Origin: Chloroflexota bacterium
Lineage (GTDB): Bacteria > Chloroflexota > UBA11872 > VXOZ01
Length of the DNA stretch: 64,000 nucleotides
Direction of reading: 5' to 3'
Assembly (NCBI GenBank): GCA_965261635.1
Contig: OZ253463.1
Coordinates: 811,879-875,878 of the forward strand
A program made the position numbers and the translations under genes. Under the pieces are notes generated by a model. It was not told the DNA's origin. It ran no database searches and was given only the letters and a program-made list of their open reading frames with translations. Shown here in pieces: positions 1-9,371 of this stretch; position 1 is the stretch's first letter, and every line of letters begins with the position of its first letter.

Positions 1-299
1 AGCTTCGTGTACCCATCCTGGGCATCGTGGAGAATATGAGCTACTTCCTCTGCCCCCGCTGCGACGAACGCACGGAAATCTTCAGCCACGGCGGTGCGCG
101 CCAAGCGGCCGAAGCGATGGGAATGCCCTTCCTCGGCGAGGTACCGCTGAACGTCGCCATCCGCGAGGGCGGCGATAGCGGCAAACCCATCACAGCCACC
201 CAACCCGACTCACCCCTGGCCGCTATCTATCGCGACGTCGCCGGCGCAGTAGCCCAACAAATCAGCATCGTCGGCCAAGAAGCGGTGGTGATCAACTAA
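1..299 (+). CDS. Mrp/ApbC/NBP35-family Fe-S cluster carrier ATPase, 3' part only (5' end lies upstream of the window)
   Basis: The reading frame is open from base 3 (LRVPILGIVENMSYFLCPRCDERTEIFSHGG...). This is the characteristic C-terminal CPxC region of Mrp/ApbC P-loop ATPases. Confidence 0.75.
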   Translation, partial: LRVPILGIVENMSYFLCPRCDERTEIFSHGGARQAAEAMGMPFLGEVPLNVAIREGGDSGKPITATQPDSPLAAIYRDVAGAVAQQISIVGQEAVVIN

Positions 300-334
300 G
301 CTGGCAGGGCCAGCGCTCTCAAGAGGGGGACAGT

Positions 335-1903
335 TTACTCCCCATCCGCGCGGTTGAGTTGTTGAATGCTTAACTCAATTGCAGCTTTGAGTTTGCAGTT
401 GCTTACGCTCTTAACCAGCCCTAGAGCAATCTCAAGATCCTGCCGAGCCTCCTCGGCGCTGCCCAAAGCGGCCCTTACCCCACCCCGAATATAATATGCT
501 TCCGCAAAGTCCGGCTTATGTTGGATCGCCTGCTCATAGTCAGCGAGGAATTCTTCGTACTGGCCGAGAACTGCTTTGGCATTGCCACGGGCGGCATAGG
601 CTTCGGCCAGGTCAGGCTGAAGGCAGATTGCCCGGTCGAAGTCAGGGACGGCGTTCTCATATTTGCCGAGGTTGCTCTTTGAGTAGCCCCGATTGTAGAA
701 AGCTGCCGCAAATTCCGGTCTTAGGAGAATCGCCTGATCGTAGTTGGGAATAGCTGCCTCATATTGGCTAAGTGCAACATAGGCGTTTCCTCGGTTGTAG
801 TAAGCTTCAGCATAGGCAGTCCCAAAGCAAATCGCCTGGTCGAAGTCGGCGATAGAGTCTTCATACTGTTGCAGATTCCCCTTCGCTATACCCCGATTGT
901 TAAACGATTCTGCATTCTCTGGATCCAATTTGATGGCCTGGTCGAAGTCAGAGACTGCATCCACGTAATTGCCGAGGGTGCTCTTCGTATTGCCTCTAGC
1001 TTGATAGGCTTTGGCGTAATCCCGGTCTTTGGAAATAGCTCGGTCGTAGTCGGCAATTGCACTCTCATGCTGACTGAGCCTGCTAAAGATTAGGCCCCGA
1101 TTAAAGTATGCCGAGGCAGATGGTTCAAGTCGTATTGCCTCTTCACAGTCAACGATAGCATCGTGATGGCAGCCTAGGCTGCTCTTTGCACCAGCCCGAT
1201 TGGTAAATGCTGAGGCATATTCTGAGTTTAGGCAGATCGCTCGATCATGATCGGCTATTGCTTCTCTATGCTGGCCCTGGTTATTCTTTGCTACCCCTCT
1301 GTTGTTGTAAGCCTCAGCATAGTTTGGTTTTAGGCAGACTGCTTTGCCATAGTCTGCAATGGCGTCTTCGTATAGGCCCAGTCTGTCCTTTGCTACCCCT
1401 CTGTTGTTGTAGGCTTCGGCATAGTCCGGGTATTGGCAAATGGCACTGTCATAGTCTTTGATCGCATCTCTGTGTCTACCCAAATTGTCCTTTGCGACCC
1501 CTCGGTTATTGTATGCTTCAGGATAGTCTGGCTCATGGAGAATTGATTGGTCGCAATCTGCAATGGCTTTCCGATAATGACCAAGCTTGTTCAGAGCCAA
1601 AGCTCGATCATGGTAGGCCACTGCTGAATTTGGATCTAGCCGTATCGCCTGATCGTGGTCCGCAATAGCAGACTCAAGCTGTCCAAGCTCATAGTATGCG
1701 TTGCCCCTATTCGTGAATGCTTCGGCGAGATTCGGGTCTAGGCGGATTGCCTCATTGAAGTCATCAAGAGCTTCTCTGTAGCGACCAAGTTTTTGCTTTT
1801 CGACACCTCGGTTGTTGTAGCTTGGTGCGTAGTTTGGATTTAGGTGGATGGCTCGGTCATAGGCATTAGTCACGTCCTGGGCCGAAATTCTAGCTTTTCC
1901 CAT
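335..1903 (-). CDS. Tetratricopeptide (TPR) repeat protein, about 14 tandem TPR units
   Basis: The 539-aa ORF consists of 34-aa repeats (A-x-A/F-x-N-R-G-x-A-K-x-x-L-G-x-x-x-x-A-I-x-D-x-x-x-A-I). The DNA has a 102-bp periodicity and lower GC than its surroundings. Start is probably the internal MGKAR at 1903; the ORF could extend to 1954. Confidence 0.8.
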   Translation of the reverse strand: MGKARISAQDVTNAYDRAIHLNPNYAPSYNNRGVEKQKLGRYREALDDFNEAIRLDPNLAEAFTNRGNAYYELGQLESAIADHDQAIRLDPNSAVAYHDRALALNKLGHYRKAIADCDQSILHEPDYPEAYNNRGVAKDNLGRHRDAIKDYDSAICQYPDYAEAYNNRGVAKDRLGLYEDAIADYGKAVCLKPNYAEAYNNRGVAKNNQGQHREAIADHDRAICLNSEYASAFTNRAGAKSSLGCHHDAIVDCEEAIRLEPSASAYFNRGLIFSRLSQHESAIADYDRAISKDRDYAKAYQARGNTKSTLGNYVDAVSDFDQAIKLDPENAESFNNRGIAKGNLQQYEDSIADFDQAICFGTAYAEAYYNRGNAYVALSQYEAAIPNYDQAILLRPEFAAAFYNRGYSKSNLGKYENAVPDFDRAICLQPDLAEAYAARGNAKAVLGQYEEFLADYEQAIQHKPDFAEAYYIRGGVRAALGSAEEARQDLEIALGLVKSVSNCKLKAAIELSIQQLNRADGE

Positions 1904-2657
1904 TTTCTCCTCCCTGAAGCAGATAGCCCAATAAAGACCATACGTAGCTTGCATGGCTACTATCGACGTCCTCCAGTCGATCTACGAAGGAACGTAGCTT
2001 CTTTGTTGCGTCTTCGAGCTTGCCACTCTCAATGAGCAAGATTGCTTCAGCAATAGCATGGTCTATTGGCCGTGATTCACCAGACTTATGTGGTTGCGTG
2101 GTGTCGCGCTTTAGTCTTTCCTTTGGCGCTAGTGGCGTTGTCGTTGCCGTTGGGCGGTCTATCACGGGTGCTGAGAGATCCGGTTGGGCCTCCTGCTCTA
2201 TTCTCCCATACTCTTGGTACTTATCCAGTTCATCCTCAACATCATTTACGCGAAACAAGAGCGAGAATACCCAGATCGCAGCACTTCGAGCTACTTCGAT
2301 GACTTTCGTTTCAGGGACCCCCAATGTACTGCCGTGGTATTGCTTATTCCTATAGCTATGCACCCAAGTAATCTCGGTTCTCGACACCTTCCATTCAGAG
2401 TTCTTTTTCTCAATAGCAAACTGCAGGAAGTCAAGCTTCGAATGGTAGTTTTCTTGCCACTTTTCAACATCTCTCTTGGAGTACTTACGTTCTTGGCGCT
2501 GTGACGGGTGAAGTGTCAGGTAAGTTGAGATTGAAACCTCGATAGAGTTATCGAAGCTAATGAGAGCCATACGTCTATCAAAGTCACCGCCCTTCCGCAT
2601 GTGACCGTCCGCATGGGCTAGCAATTCAAAAGGGCCGTAGGCCCACAACGGAATCAC
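1890..2657 (-). CDS. Hypothetical protein. N-terminal globular domain, Pro/Thr-rich linker, C-terminal helical domain
   Basis: 255-aa ORF, low GC like the adjacent TPR gene. Its stop overlaps the probable TPR start. No family recognised by eye. Confidence 0.5.
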   Translation of the reverse strand: MIPLWAYGPFELLAHADGHMRKGGDFDRRMALISFDNSIEVSISTYLTLHPSQRQERKYSKRDVEKWQENYHSKLDFLQFAIEKKNSEWKVSRTEITWVHSYRNKQYHGSTLGVPETKVIEVARSAAIWVFSLLFRVNDVEDELDKYQEYGRIEQEAQPDLSAPVIDRPTATTTPLAPKERLKRDTTQPHKSGESRPIDHAIAEAILLIESGKLEDATKKLRSFVDRLEDVDSSHASYVWSLLGYLLQGGENGKS

Positions 2658-2946
2658 ATTTAGATACCAATCTTATAAATTGGGTTGAACCGCTCAAGTT
2701 GATTGAATTGAAGCCCTCCGAGATCAGGACTTGTCCGTACAAATTGGGTCGCCAGCCTCGGAACCTTATCTGGGAGTGCTTCGGCTCGGGGCTCATTTGC
2801 CGAAGATAGCGTCTACTCAGCAAGTCTTGCCCACGCCACGCACCAAACTCAATCCGCTGAACGACGACTCTTGTACCTGTCACCTTTCCTGCGGTTGTGA
2901 TATGCCCGCCGTAGGTGGCTGCCTCTCAAACTTCCCACGGCTGAGT

Positions 2947-3255
2947 CTACAGACTCTGAGATGTTCGCCAGTCCCACTTAGCTGAGGAGTCTTGGGTGGC
3001 CTTTGTATTGCTATAAGCAATCGGGAGCAATTTGCCCAGGGCCACGCCTCTTTGGTCTAAGTAGTACTCGATAGCTGCAATAGGGCTAGGTGGATCAATC
3101 GGGTAGTGCTCCGCTGCATAGACTTCGACTAGGTCAACGAGCATCTCAAGCTCGTCGCCCTCAGGCGTGCCTTCCTCTGCATGGAATATCTCACGAATCC
3201 TAGTAAGCGCAGCCTGATATTCCTGCTCTGTGCGTATAGGATCGGAGTTTGCCAT
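2947..3255 (-). CDS. higA: HigA-family antitoxin-like protein (cassette 1)
   Basis: The N-terminal region (EQEYQAALTRIREIF...GTPEGDELEMLVDLVEVYAAEHYPIDPPSPIAAIEYYLDQRG) matches the conserved N-terminus of HigA antitoxins. The C-terminal HTH looks atypical or degenerate. Sits immediately downstream of higB with a 2-nt gap. Confidence 0.65.
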   Translation of the reverse strand: MANSDPIRTEQEYQAALTRIREIFHAEEGTPEGDELEMLVDLVEVYAAEHYPIDPPSPIAAIEYYLDQRGVALGKLLPIAYSNTKATQDSSAKWDWRTSQSL

Positions 3256-3257
3256 CC

Positions 3258-3548
3258 CTAGATCTCCTTGACGTCTATGCGGTCGTACTCCGCGTGCGTA
3301 CCGATGAATCGGATGTCAACTAACCTGCGTTTGTAGTTGATTACCGCTACCAGTCGATATGAATTGCCCTTGACATTGAAGACCACACGATTAGGCGGAA
3401 TTATCCTTGCTGGGTGGAGTTGGGTTACCCTTTCCGGCGTCTCCCAATCTTCACTACACACCCGATCGTACCAGAACTCAAGCTGCTGCTTTGCATTCGT
3501 GTGTCGCTTCAAAAACCTGTAAAGTCGATCGGGGTTAGTAATTCGCAC
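3258..3548 (-). CDS. higB: HigB-family type II toxin (RelE/ParE superfamily mRNA interferase), cassette 1
   Basis: 96 aa with the typical HigB C-terminus (RLVAVINYKRRLVDIRFIGTHAEYDRIDV). Precedes higA in the classic toxin-first order. Confidence 0.8.
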   Translation of the reverse strand: MRITNPDRLYRFLKRHTNAKQQLEFWYDRVCSEDWETPERVTQLHPARIIPPNRVVFNVKGNSYRLVAVINYKRRLVDIRFIGTHAEYDRIDVKEI

Positions 3549-3781
3549 AACTAGAACGCGATACTCCCATTTATGACGATTATATACCTTCCCGATGACA
3601 GAAAACCAATGTTTTCAATGCAGCGCACAACCTTGTGAGGAGGCAAAGTCAGAAATGGATGTTCGGAGAAACAGAAACAACTCTATGGAGAAGCATGTTA
3701 ATGAGTACCCATTTAACTGAACTCAGATGAGATGGAGCCTTCTCACCATTTCTTCCTTCCGTGGCGCTAGAACTCGCTGAG

Positions 3782-4002
3782 CTAACTTGCGCCGGATTTG
3801 CCGAGGAATACCTGAGTGAGGATGTCGGTTTCGCGGATGGAGTGGGGGGAGCCGGTGAAGACGACGCGGCCCTTATCAAGCACGTAGGCGCGGTCTACTA
3901 TGTCCAGCACGCCTTTGATGTTGTGTTCCAAGATCATGATCGTGGTCTTGAGCCGCTCGCTGATCTCGGAGACTCGCTCAAGAACCTCTTTGGCAACGTT
4001 GC
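3782..4002 (-). pseudogene. Degenerate duplicated 3' fragment of livF (ABC ATPase C-terminus), non-functional remnant
   Basis: About 220 bp (3783-4002) is roughly 85% identical to 4733-4953, the 3' end of intact livF. The translated C-terminal 70 aa (VLERVSEISERLKTTIMILEHNIKGVLDIVDRAYVLDKGRVVFTGSPHSIRETDILTQVFLGKSGAS) parallels the livF C-terminus and uses the same stop. There is no ATPase N-terminus. Confidence 0.75.
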
Positions 4003-4059
4003 CACAGCCCTTTGCGCTCGTCACGTTTCGGTATGTGGTAGCCGCTTGCTTGATGAAGC

Positions 4060-4350
4060 TTAGGAAACCTTTTCGTGTTTCTCGGTTAGGGGAGTCAGGT
4101 CAGACGGCGTAGTGCCGGTTTGGTCGATTTGGAATTCGATAGCCGGACTGGGGCTGGGAGGGTCAATTGGGTAGTGCTTGTCCTCATAGCATTCGACTTG
4201 GCTGACAAGCGTTTCCAGTTCGACTCTGTCGGGGTGAATCTCTTCCGTAATCTGTCCTTGCGGTCCTGAAAGGGCGTCCATGAGATCGGATATCCGGGCC
4301 AAAGCTGTTTCGTATTCAGCCTCGTTACGGATTGTCTCAATCTTCTCCAT
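4060..4350 (-). CDS. higA: HigA-family antitoxin-like protein (cassette 2)
   Basis: 96 aa (RNEAEYETALARISDLMDA...ELETLVSQVECYEDKHYPIDPPSPSPAIEFQIDQ), the same family as 2947-3255. Sits 2 nt downstream of higB copy 2. Confidence 0.65.
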   Translation of the reverse strand: MEKIETIRNEAEYETALARISDLMDALSGPQGQITEEIHPDRVELETLVSQVECYEDKHYPIDPPSPSPAIEFQIDQTGTTPSDLTPLTEKHEKVS

Positions 4351-4352
4351 GG

Positions 4353-4646
4353 TTAAACCTCCTCCGCGTTGATGCGGTCGTATTCGGCATGGGTGCCTGC
4401 GAATCGTATGTAGACTATTCGTCCAGGGTAGAAAACTCTCACTACCAGCCGATACTCGTTGCCCTTGATCCTGAAGACGACGCGGTTGTCGGGAAGGATG
4501 CTACCCAGAGGATAGAGATCCGTCACTTGCGCCGGTGTTTCCCAATTCTCCTGCTTGGCTCTGTCGTGCCATGCACGCAAGGGACCCTCGGCATTAGAGT
4601 GGCGTTCCCAGAATTCCCTGAGCGTCCTCTTAGCAATTATTCGCAC
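4353..4646 (-). CDS. higB: HigB-family type II toxin, cassette 2
   Basis: 97 aa (…NRVVFRIKGNEYRLVVRVFYPGRIVYIRFAGTHAEYDRINAEEV). Roughly 55% identical to the copy at 3258-3548. Confidence 0.8.
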   Translation of the reverse strand: MRIIAKRTLREFWERHSNAEGPLRAWHDRAKQENWETPAQVTDLYPLGSILPDNRVVFRIKGNEYRLVVRVFYPGRIVYIRFAGTHAEYDRINAEEV

Positions 4647-4729
4647 AACGGGCGTACAGTGCTCCCCTTTTACGACAAATTATACACTCTATCTAGAGCG
4701 ATACATCCTGTGGATGTCCGGCTTCTCGC

Positions 4730-5536
4730 CTAGCTTGCGCCGGATTTGCCTAGGAAGACTTGGGTGAGGATGTCGGTTTCGCGGATGGAGTGGGGGGTGC
4801 CGGTGAAGACGATGCGGCCTTTGTCGAGGACATAGGCGCGGTCTACTATGTCGAGGACGCCCTTGATGTTGTGCTCGACGATCACGATGGTCGTCTTGAG
4901 CCGTTCGCTGATTTCAGACACGCGCTCAAAGACCTCTTTGACGACGATGGGCGCGAGGCCCAGGGTCGGTTCATCCAGCAGGAGCACATCGGGAGCCGCC
5001 ATGAGGCCGCGGCCAAGGGCGAGCATCTGCTGCTGCCCGCCGGACATTTGGCTGGCCAGGTCGCGGCGCTTGCTCTGCAGGATGGGGAAGATCCGCATCA
5101 CTTCGTCGAGACGGCGGTTCTTTTCCGCCTTATCTTTCAAGGAGAGGCAGCCCATCTCCAAGTTTTCCTCTATGGAGAGGTGCGTGAAAACGCGCCTACC
5201 CTGTGGGACGAAGGCAATGCCCTCTTTCACGATCTCATGGGTCTTTGCCGCCAGTCGCTTCCGCCGCCACAGGACCTTACCGGCCACGACGGGCGCAAGA
5301 CCCATGACGGCCTTGAGCACCGTGGACTTGCCGGCGCCGTTAGGGCCCATCACGGCCACGACCTCACCCTTGCTTACGCCCAGCGAGACCTCATCGAGAG
5401 CGACCACGGCCCCGTAGTGCACGGATATGCCGGAGAGCTCGAGGATCGGCTCGTTGTTTTCGGGTGCACCGTCCGAGTCGGCGACAGCGGGTGGATTGGG
5501 GATCTGCTCTTCGGTTGTTTCTTCGGGTGTGTTCAT
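4730..5536 (-). CDS. livF: Branched-chain/HAAT-family ABC transporter ATP-binding protein LivF-like
   Basis: Walker A GPNGAGKST, signature SGGQQQML, Walker B LLLDEP. Last gene of the minus-strand liv operon. The N-terminal roughly 30-aa extension is uncertain. Confidence 0.85.
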   Translation of the reverse strand: MNTPEETTEEQIPNPPAVADSDGAPENNEPILELSGISVHYGAVVALDEVSLGVSKGEVVAVMGPNGAGKSTVLKAVMGLAPVVAGKVLWRRKRLAAKTHEIVKEGIAFVPQGRRVFTHLSIEENLEMGCLSLKDKAEKNRRLDEVMRIFPILQSKRRDLASQMSGGQQQMLALGRGLMAAPDVLLLDEPTLGLAPIVVKEVFERVSEISERLKTTIVIVEHNIKGVLDIVDRAYVLDKGRIVFTGTPHSIRETDILTQVFLGKSGAS

Positions 5537-5844
5537 TGGATTGCTTTGTGTTAATTTGCGCTCGCGGCTGGGAGCGTGGTCATTACCCGCTTTTCCTGAC
5601 TGTGCTTTGCCGTATCCCCCTCACCCCCGTATCAAGTACGGGGCAGGCTCTAGCCCTCTCCCGCATGGAGAGGGGACCGGACTAGAGTTTGGGTGTCTGC
5701 ACACTTCACCCCATTTACCTATGCCAGCCCTCTACTTGCGTTAGTCCTCTGCATGAGTGAGCTCAATTACCTACGCCAACTCTCTACCTGCATCAAGAGT
5801 TCTCCCAAACCGCGTATATTCTGAAATTTACAGTGTTTCGCGTG

Positions 5845-6606
5845 CTACACGCCCAAGTACGCGTCGATTACCTTCGGTCGGCTCAAAACCTCGTCGACGG
5901 AGCCTTCCGCGAGGAGGCTGCCGCTATCCAGGATGATAAGGTGGTCGGAAAGCTCGCGCACGATATCCATGTTGTGGGAGATGAAGACAATTGTGTCGCC
6001 TTGTTCCCGCATGCGGTTCATGATTTCCTTCACCTTCTCCACCATCTCGGGAAAGAGGCCGGCAAAGGGTTCATCGAATAGGTAGATATCAGCCTCCATG
6101 GCCATGGCGCGGCCGATTTCCAGTAGTTTACGCTGACCGTAGGACAGGTTCATGGCGAGGGCATCCCGCTTTTCCCACAGGCCGACAATCTCCAAAATGC
6201 CCCGCACCTTATCCCGTTGCACCGGCTTTACCCGCTCAAGCAGAGCGGGAAAGAGCCGACGCTCGGTCAAAACCACCATTAGGTTATCCCACACGGTGAC
6301 CTGGTCGAAGAGCCGTACCTCTTGAAACGTGCGGGTCAGGCCGTGGGCCGGGTTTTCGTGGGCTTTCACCACTTTCAGGCTGATACCGTCTACGACTACA
6401 ATGCCTCCGTCCAGGGGCAGCACGCCGCTGAGGAGGTTCACCAGCGTGGACTTTCCCGATCCGTTCGGCCCGGCGATGCTGGTTAATCCCTTCTTGGGAA
6501 TGGAAATGGAGAGTTTCCGCACCGCTCGCACGGCGCCAAAGTGTTTCGAGATACCATCCGTCTGTATGACGTAGTGGTCGTCGATTTTCTCTGAACCGGG
6601 TCTCAA
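5845..6606 (-). CDS. livG: HAAT-family ABC transporter ATP-binding protein LivG-like
   Basis: GPNGSGKST, LSYGQRKLLEIGRA, IYLFDEP. The start is most likely a TTG overlapping the livM stop (cTTGA), preceded by GGAGGT. The longer listed ORF (to 6867) overlaps livM with Arg-rich junk. Confidence 0.8.
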   Translation of the reverse strand: MRPGSEKIDDHYVIQTDGISKHFGAVRAVRKLSISIPKKGLTSIAGPNGSGKSTLVNLLSGVLPLDGGIVVVDGISLKVVKAHENPAHGLTRTFQEVRLFDQVTVWDNLMVVLTERRLFPALLERVKPVQRDKVRGILEIVGLWEKRDALAMNLSYGQRKLLEIGRAMAMEADIYLFDEPFAGLFPEMVEKVKEIMNRMREQGDTIVFISHNMDIVRELSDHLIILDSGSLLAEGSVDEVLSRPKVIDAYLGV

Positions 6607-7664
6607 AGCTTGTACCTCCCAACCAGGCCCTGGGGCCGGAAGAGCATCAGCAGCACCAGCAGAATGCCCAGCACGACGAGCCGAGCCTGACCGACGTGCA
6701 CGGTAGGCAGAAACGGTAGGAAGCGCATACCCTCTTCCAGCAGCACGAAGGCCATGGCGCCTAGCAGCGAGCCCCAGATGGTGGCCAGCCCGCCGAGGAT
6801 TACGATGGCGACGAGCAGCATGGATTCCAGGAGAATGAAAGAGTTCGGGTCTACGAAGGTCGTCCAACTCGCGAAGAGCCCGCCGGCCAGACCCGCCATC
6901 ATAGCTGAAATGGTCCAGACCGCCAGCTTGTAGTGGGTGGTCTGGTAACCAAAGACCGCAATTGCTTCCTCGTCCTCACGGATGGTGGTTAGAACCCGCC
7001 CAAATGACGATGTCACGATGAGCCAGGAAAGCAGCACGATGAATGCGAGAAACGCGAGGACGAACAGGAGGAACTCTAGCTCTCCATCGAACGTGAACCC
7101 GCCTACCGCAGGCCGGGCTACCTCATGAATGCCGAATGCGCCGCGGGTGAGGCCGCGCCAATTCAAGAATACGTTGAAGCTGATGATGGCGAAGCCGAAC
7201 GAAACAAGGACGTAGATATCGTCCCGAAACCGGTTGAACACCACGCCTACGGCAATGGCAATGACCCCGGCGAGCAGTACGCCCACAGGCAGCGCCGCAA
7301 AGAAGGGCCAACCAAAGGTAGGGATGGCCTCGGTGCGCAGTTGGTCGTACTCAGCTTTCGACGTGAGGATCGCGACCGTGTAGGCGCCGATGCCAAAGAA
7401 GCCGATGTGCCCCACTGAGAGTAGGCCGGTAAACCCCACAACGAGGTTCAGGCTGACTGCCAGAATCGCCCAGATCGCAAAGACGGTGCCAACCGTGATG
7501 GCGAATCCGACTCCCTGCCACAGCATGAAACCAAGCGCCCACGCGATGATCACCAGATTAGCCCACAGTTCCACATTGCTTTTGACGGCTGCCAGGAGTT
7601 CCTGTGGATTGCCAAGAAGCCGCGTGGACTTTCCGTTGCTATTTGCGTTCGTTTGCATGCGCAT
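6603..7664 (-). CDS. livM: HAAT-family ABC transporter permease LivM-like
   Basis: 353-aa polytopic membrane protein with the LivM-type topology and conserved hydrophobic core. Adjacent to the livH stop. Confidence 0.8.
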   Translation of the reverse strand: MRMQTNANSNGKSTRLLGNPQELLAAVKSNVELWANLVIIAWALGFMLWQGVGFAITVGTVFAIWAILAVSLNLVVGFTGLLSVGHIGFFGIGAYTVAILTSKAEYDQLRTEAIPTFGWPFFAALPVGVLLAGVIAIAVGVVFNRFRDDIYVLVSFGFAIISFNVFLNWRGLTRGAFGIHEVARPAVGGFTFDGELEFLLFVLAFLAFIVLLSWLIVTSSFGRVLTTIREDEEAIAVFGYQTTHYKLAVWTISAMMAGLAGGLFASWTTFVDPNSFILLESMLLVAIVILGGLATIWGSLLGAMAFVLLEEGMRFLPFLPTVHVGQARLVVLGILLVLLMLFRPQGLVGRYKL

Positions 7665-9014
7665 TTACTTCCTCGGCAAGAGGCCTTTGGGCCAGAACGA
7701 TAGAAACAGAATCAAGAGTACGAAAGAGATAACGTCTCGCCACTCGCCCGCCAAGTCCCAGATGCCGAATTGTTCGATCATTCCCAGCACGAATCCGCCA
7801 ACAATGGCGCCTTGCAGGTTGCCAATACCGCCTACCACTGAGGCGATCCAGCCTTTCAGCAAGAGCAGCAGTCCCATCCGGGGTTGAATAGCCGTATCGT
7901 GGCCGCTCAAGATGCCTGCCAGGGCCGCGTAGACCGCGCCGATGAAGAATACTACGGCGATCACTGTGGTGGTGTTTATGCCCACCACCTTCGAGACCTC
8001 TTCATCATCGCCGATGGCACGCACCGCCTTGCCGAACGCGGTCTGCTTGAGCAAAAACTGCAAGAACAAGAAGCCCAAAAGCGCTACGCCGACGGTGAAC
8101 ATGTTAAAGCCTTTGATGCTCGCCCCGGCGATGATCCAGGGATCGCTGCCGAGGGCTTCAGGCAGGGGACGCGGCGTGCTCTCGAAAACTATGCTGGTAA
8201 AGGCGGTGATTGCCAGCAGGATGCCAAGCGTTGCAACCAACATGATCAGGGGCGACCGCGACCGTTCCCGCATGTACACGTATAAACCTCGGTAGAGGGC
8301 AAGACCGACGACTCCCGCCAGGAAGCAGGAAACTCCCCAACTAAGATACAGCTTCGAGTCGGGAGCATTGGCGATAAGGAAACCGCAGTACGCTCCCAAG
8401 GCCGCCGCTGCGGCGCCGGTGATGCTGACAGCCGCCAGCAAGAGACGGCCGGCAACGATGCCTTGATAGGCTTGGTACAGTGCCCAGGTCAGAGCCGCAG
8501 CCACGCCGATTCCGATCACGGGGCTGAGGGTGAGGTGCAGATCTTTAGGATACGAAAGCACGACGCCCGTGTAGACTCCTGCGGCTGCCGCCAGCACTCC
8601 GCCGACGCCAAACAGGATGGATCGATTAACACGCGACCGAAAGCGGGGATACATGCTTTCGTAGAGTGCCCAGGCGACGACGCCGGCGGTTACCGCGGCG
8701 TAGAGGACGTTCACGAATACGTTGTTGACTGCATACAATCCGCCGAGGGTCTCTTGCGACCGTAGGTAGAATACGCCGTATGCGCCCAGCGCAGCCGCCG
8801 CTCCATAGTACAGATCGAAGAACCAGACGGTGCTATAGACCAGAGTAAACCCCAACGCCAGCAGGGCGTATACGGCCCCGACGGACAAGCCGTTGAAGGC
8901 AAACTGCAGGGCTTGGTCGGGAGACTCGCTGATCTTCCAACCGACGTATGCCGCAGCGGCCGCTGTGAGTACTATTGCCAGGAGGTTATTCAGGCTAGGG
9001 CGTTGGGCAATCAA
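7665..9014 (-). CDS. livH: HAAT-family ABC transporter permease LivH-like with an N-terminal extension
   Basis: 449 aa. The C-terminal region (LLKGWIASVVGGIGNLQGAIVGGFVLGMIEQF) is typical of LivH. Extra N-terminal transmembrane segments. Confidence 0.8.
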   Translation of the reverse strand: MIAQRPSLNNLLAIVLTAAAAAYVGWKISESPDQALQFAFNGLSVGAVYALLALGFTLVYSTVWFFDLYYGAAAALGAYGVFYLRSQETLGGLYAVNNVFVNVLYAAVTAGVVAWALYESMYPRFRSRVNRSILFGVGGVLAAAAGVYTGVVLSYPKDLHLTLSPVIGIGVAAALTWALYQAYQGIVAGRLLLAAVSITGAAAAALGAYCGFLIANAPDSKLYLSWGVSCFLAGVVGLALYRGLYVYMRERSRSPLIMLVATLGILLAITAFTSIVFESTPRPLPEALGSDPWIIAGASIKGFNMFTVGVALLGFLFLQFLLKQTAFGKAVRAIGDDEEVSKVVGINTTTVIAVVFFIGAVYAALAGILSGHDTAIQPRMGLLLLLKGWIASVVGGIGNLQGAIVGGFVLGMIEQFGIWDLAGEWRDVISFVLLILFLSFWPKGLLPRK

Positions 9015-9371
9015 GTGCGTTCTCTCTAAGCGGATTTTACGTAGGTGTAGTGGTCACACGGATATTGACGTGCCGGTCTCTGCCAAAGGCTCCCTGACTA
9101 GCCGATTCGATACTATGCGTGCAGTGGCGATGTCGAGCCCGATGGTCAGTTCGTCCGGAGCGCTAGCCAACCCAATAGTACAGGGAGCAAGCAGCCGCTT
9201 GCCCGGAGACTTGCGTTTTCCGGCCAAAAGCCTTCCAAAGGACGGTTGGCGTTGTGGCCGCTCATCCTGCGCTTGCCGAAGTATGAAGGTGTGAAGGGTC
9301 CGGCAAGAGTTGGGCGCGGGCGGCTTTCCTGCAAGCATGCTACGCATCCACACTGAGGCTAGGCGCTCCTC

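Noticed and set aside
300-345. Short GC hairpin (gggga-cagtttac-tcccc) between the convergent mrp and TPR genes, as a possible bidirectional terminator
   Set aside because: The stem is only 5 bp, with no flanking U-tract on either strand. It is too weak to call.
335-1954. Strong DNA periodicity that could be mistaken for a CRISPR-like array
   Set aside because: The period is about 102 bp, the repeats are imperfect, and the region is continuously coding as 34-aa TPR units. There are no short unique spacers or conserved direct repeats.
4760-5554. 264-aa plus-strand ORF, together with 4848-5417, antisense to livF
   Set aside because: These are Arg/Gly/Asp-rich low-complexity translations typical of antisense frames in high-GC coding DNA. 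They overlap a well-supported ABC ATPase gene entirely. Similar antisense ORFs across livG/M/H, the SulP gene, the glycosyltransferase cluster and elsewhere were rejected for the same reason.
9015-9371. Small ORFs (9054-9353, 9146-9334) in the livK-livH spacer, and similar ones at 10640-10929
   Set aside because: They are short and overlapping in multiple frames, have no ribosome-binding site or homology, and have composition typical of non-coding spacer. These are more likely transcriptional spacers, attenuators or internal promoters.
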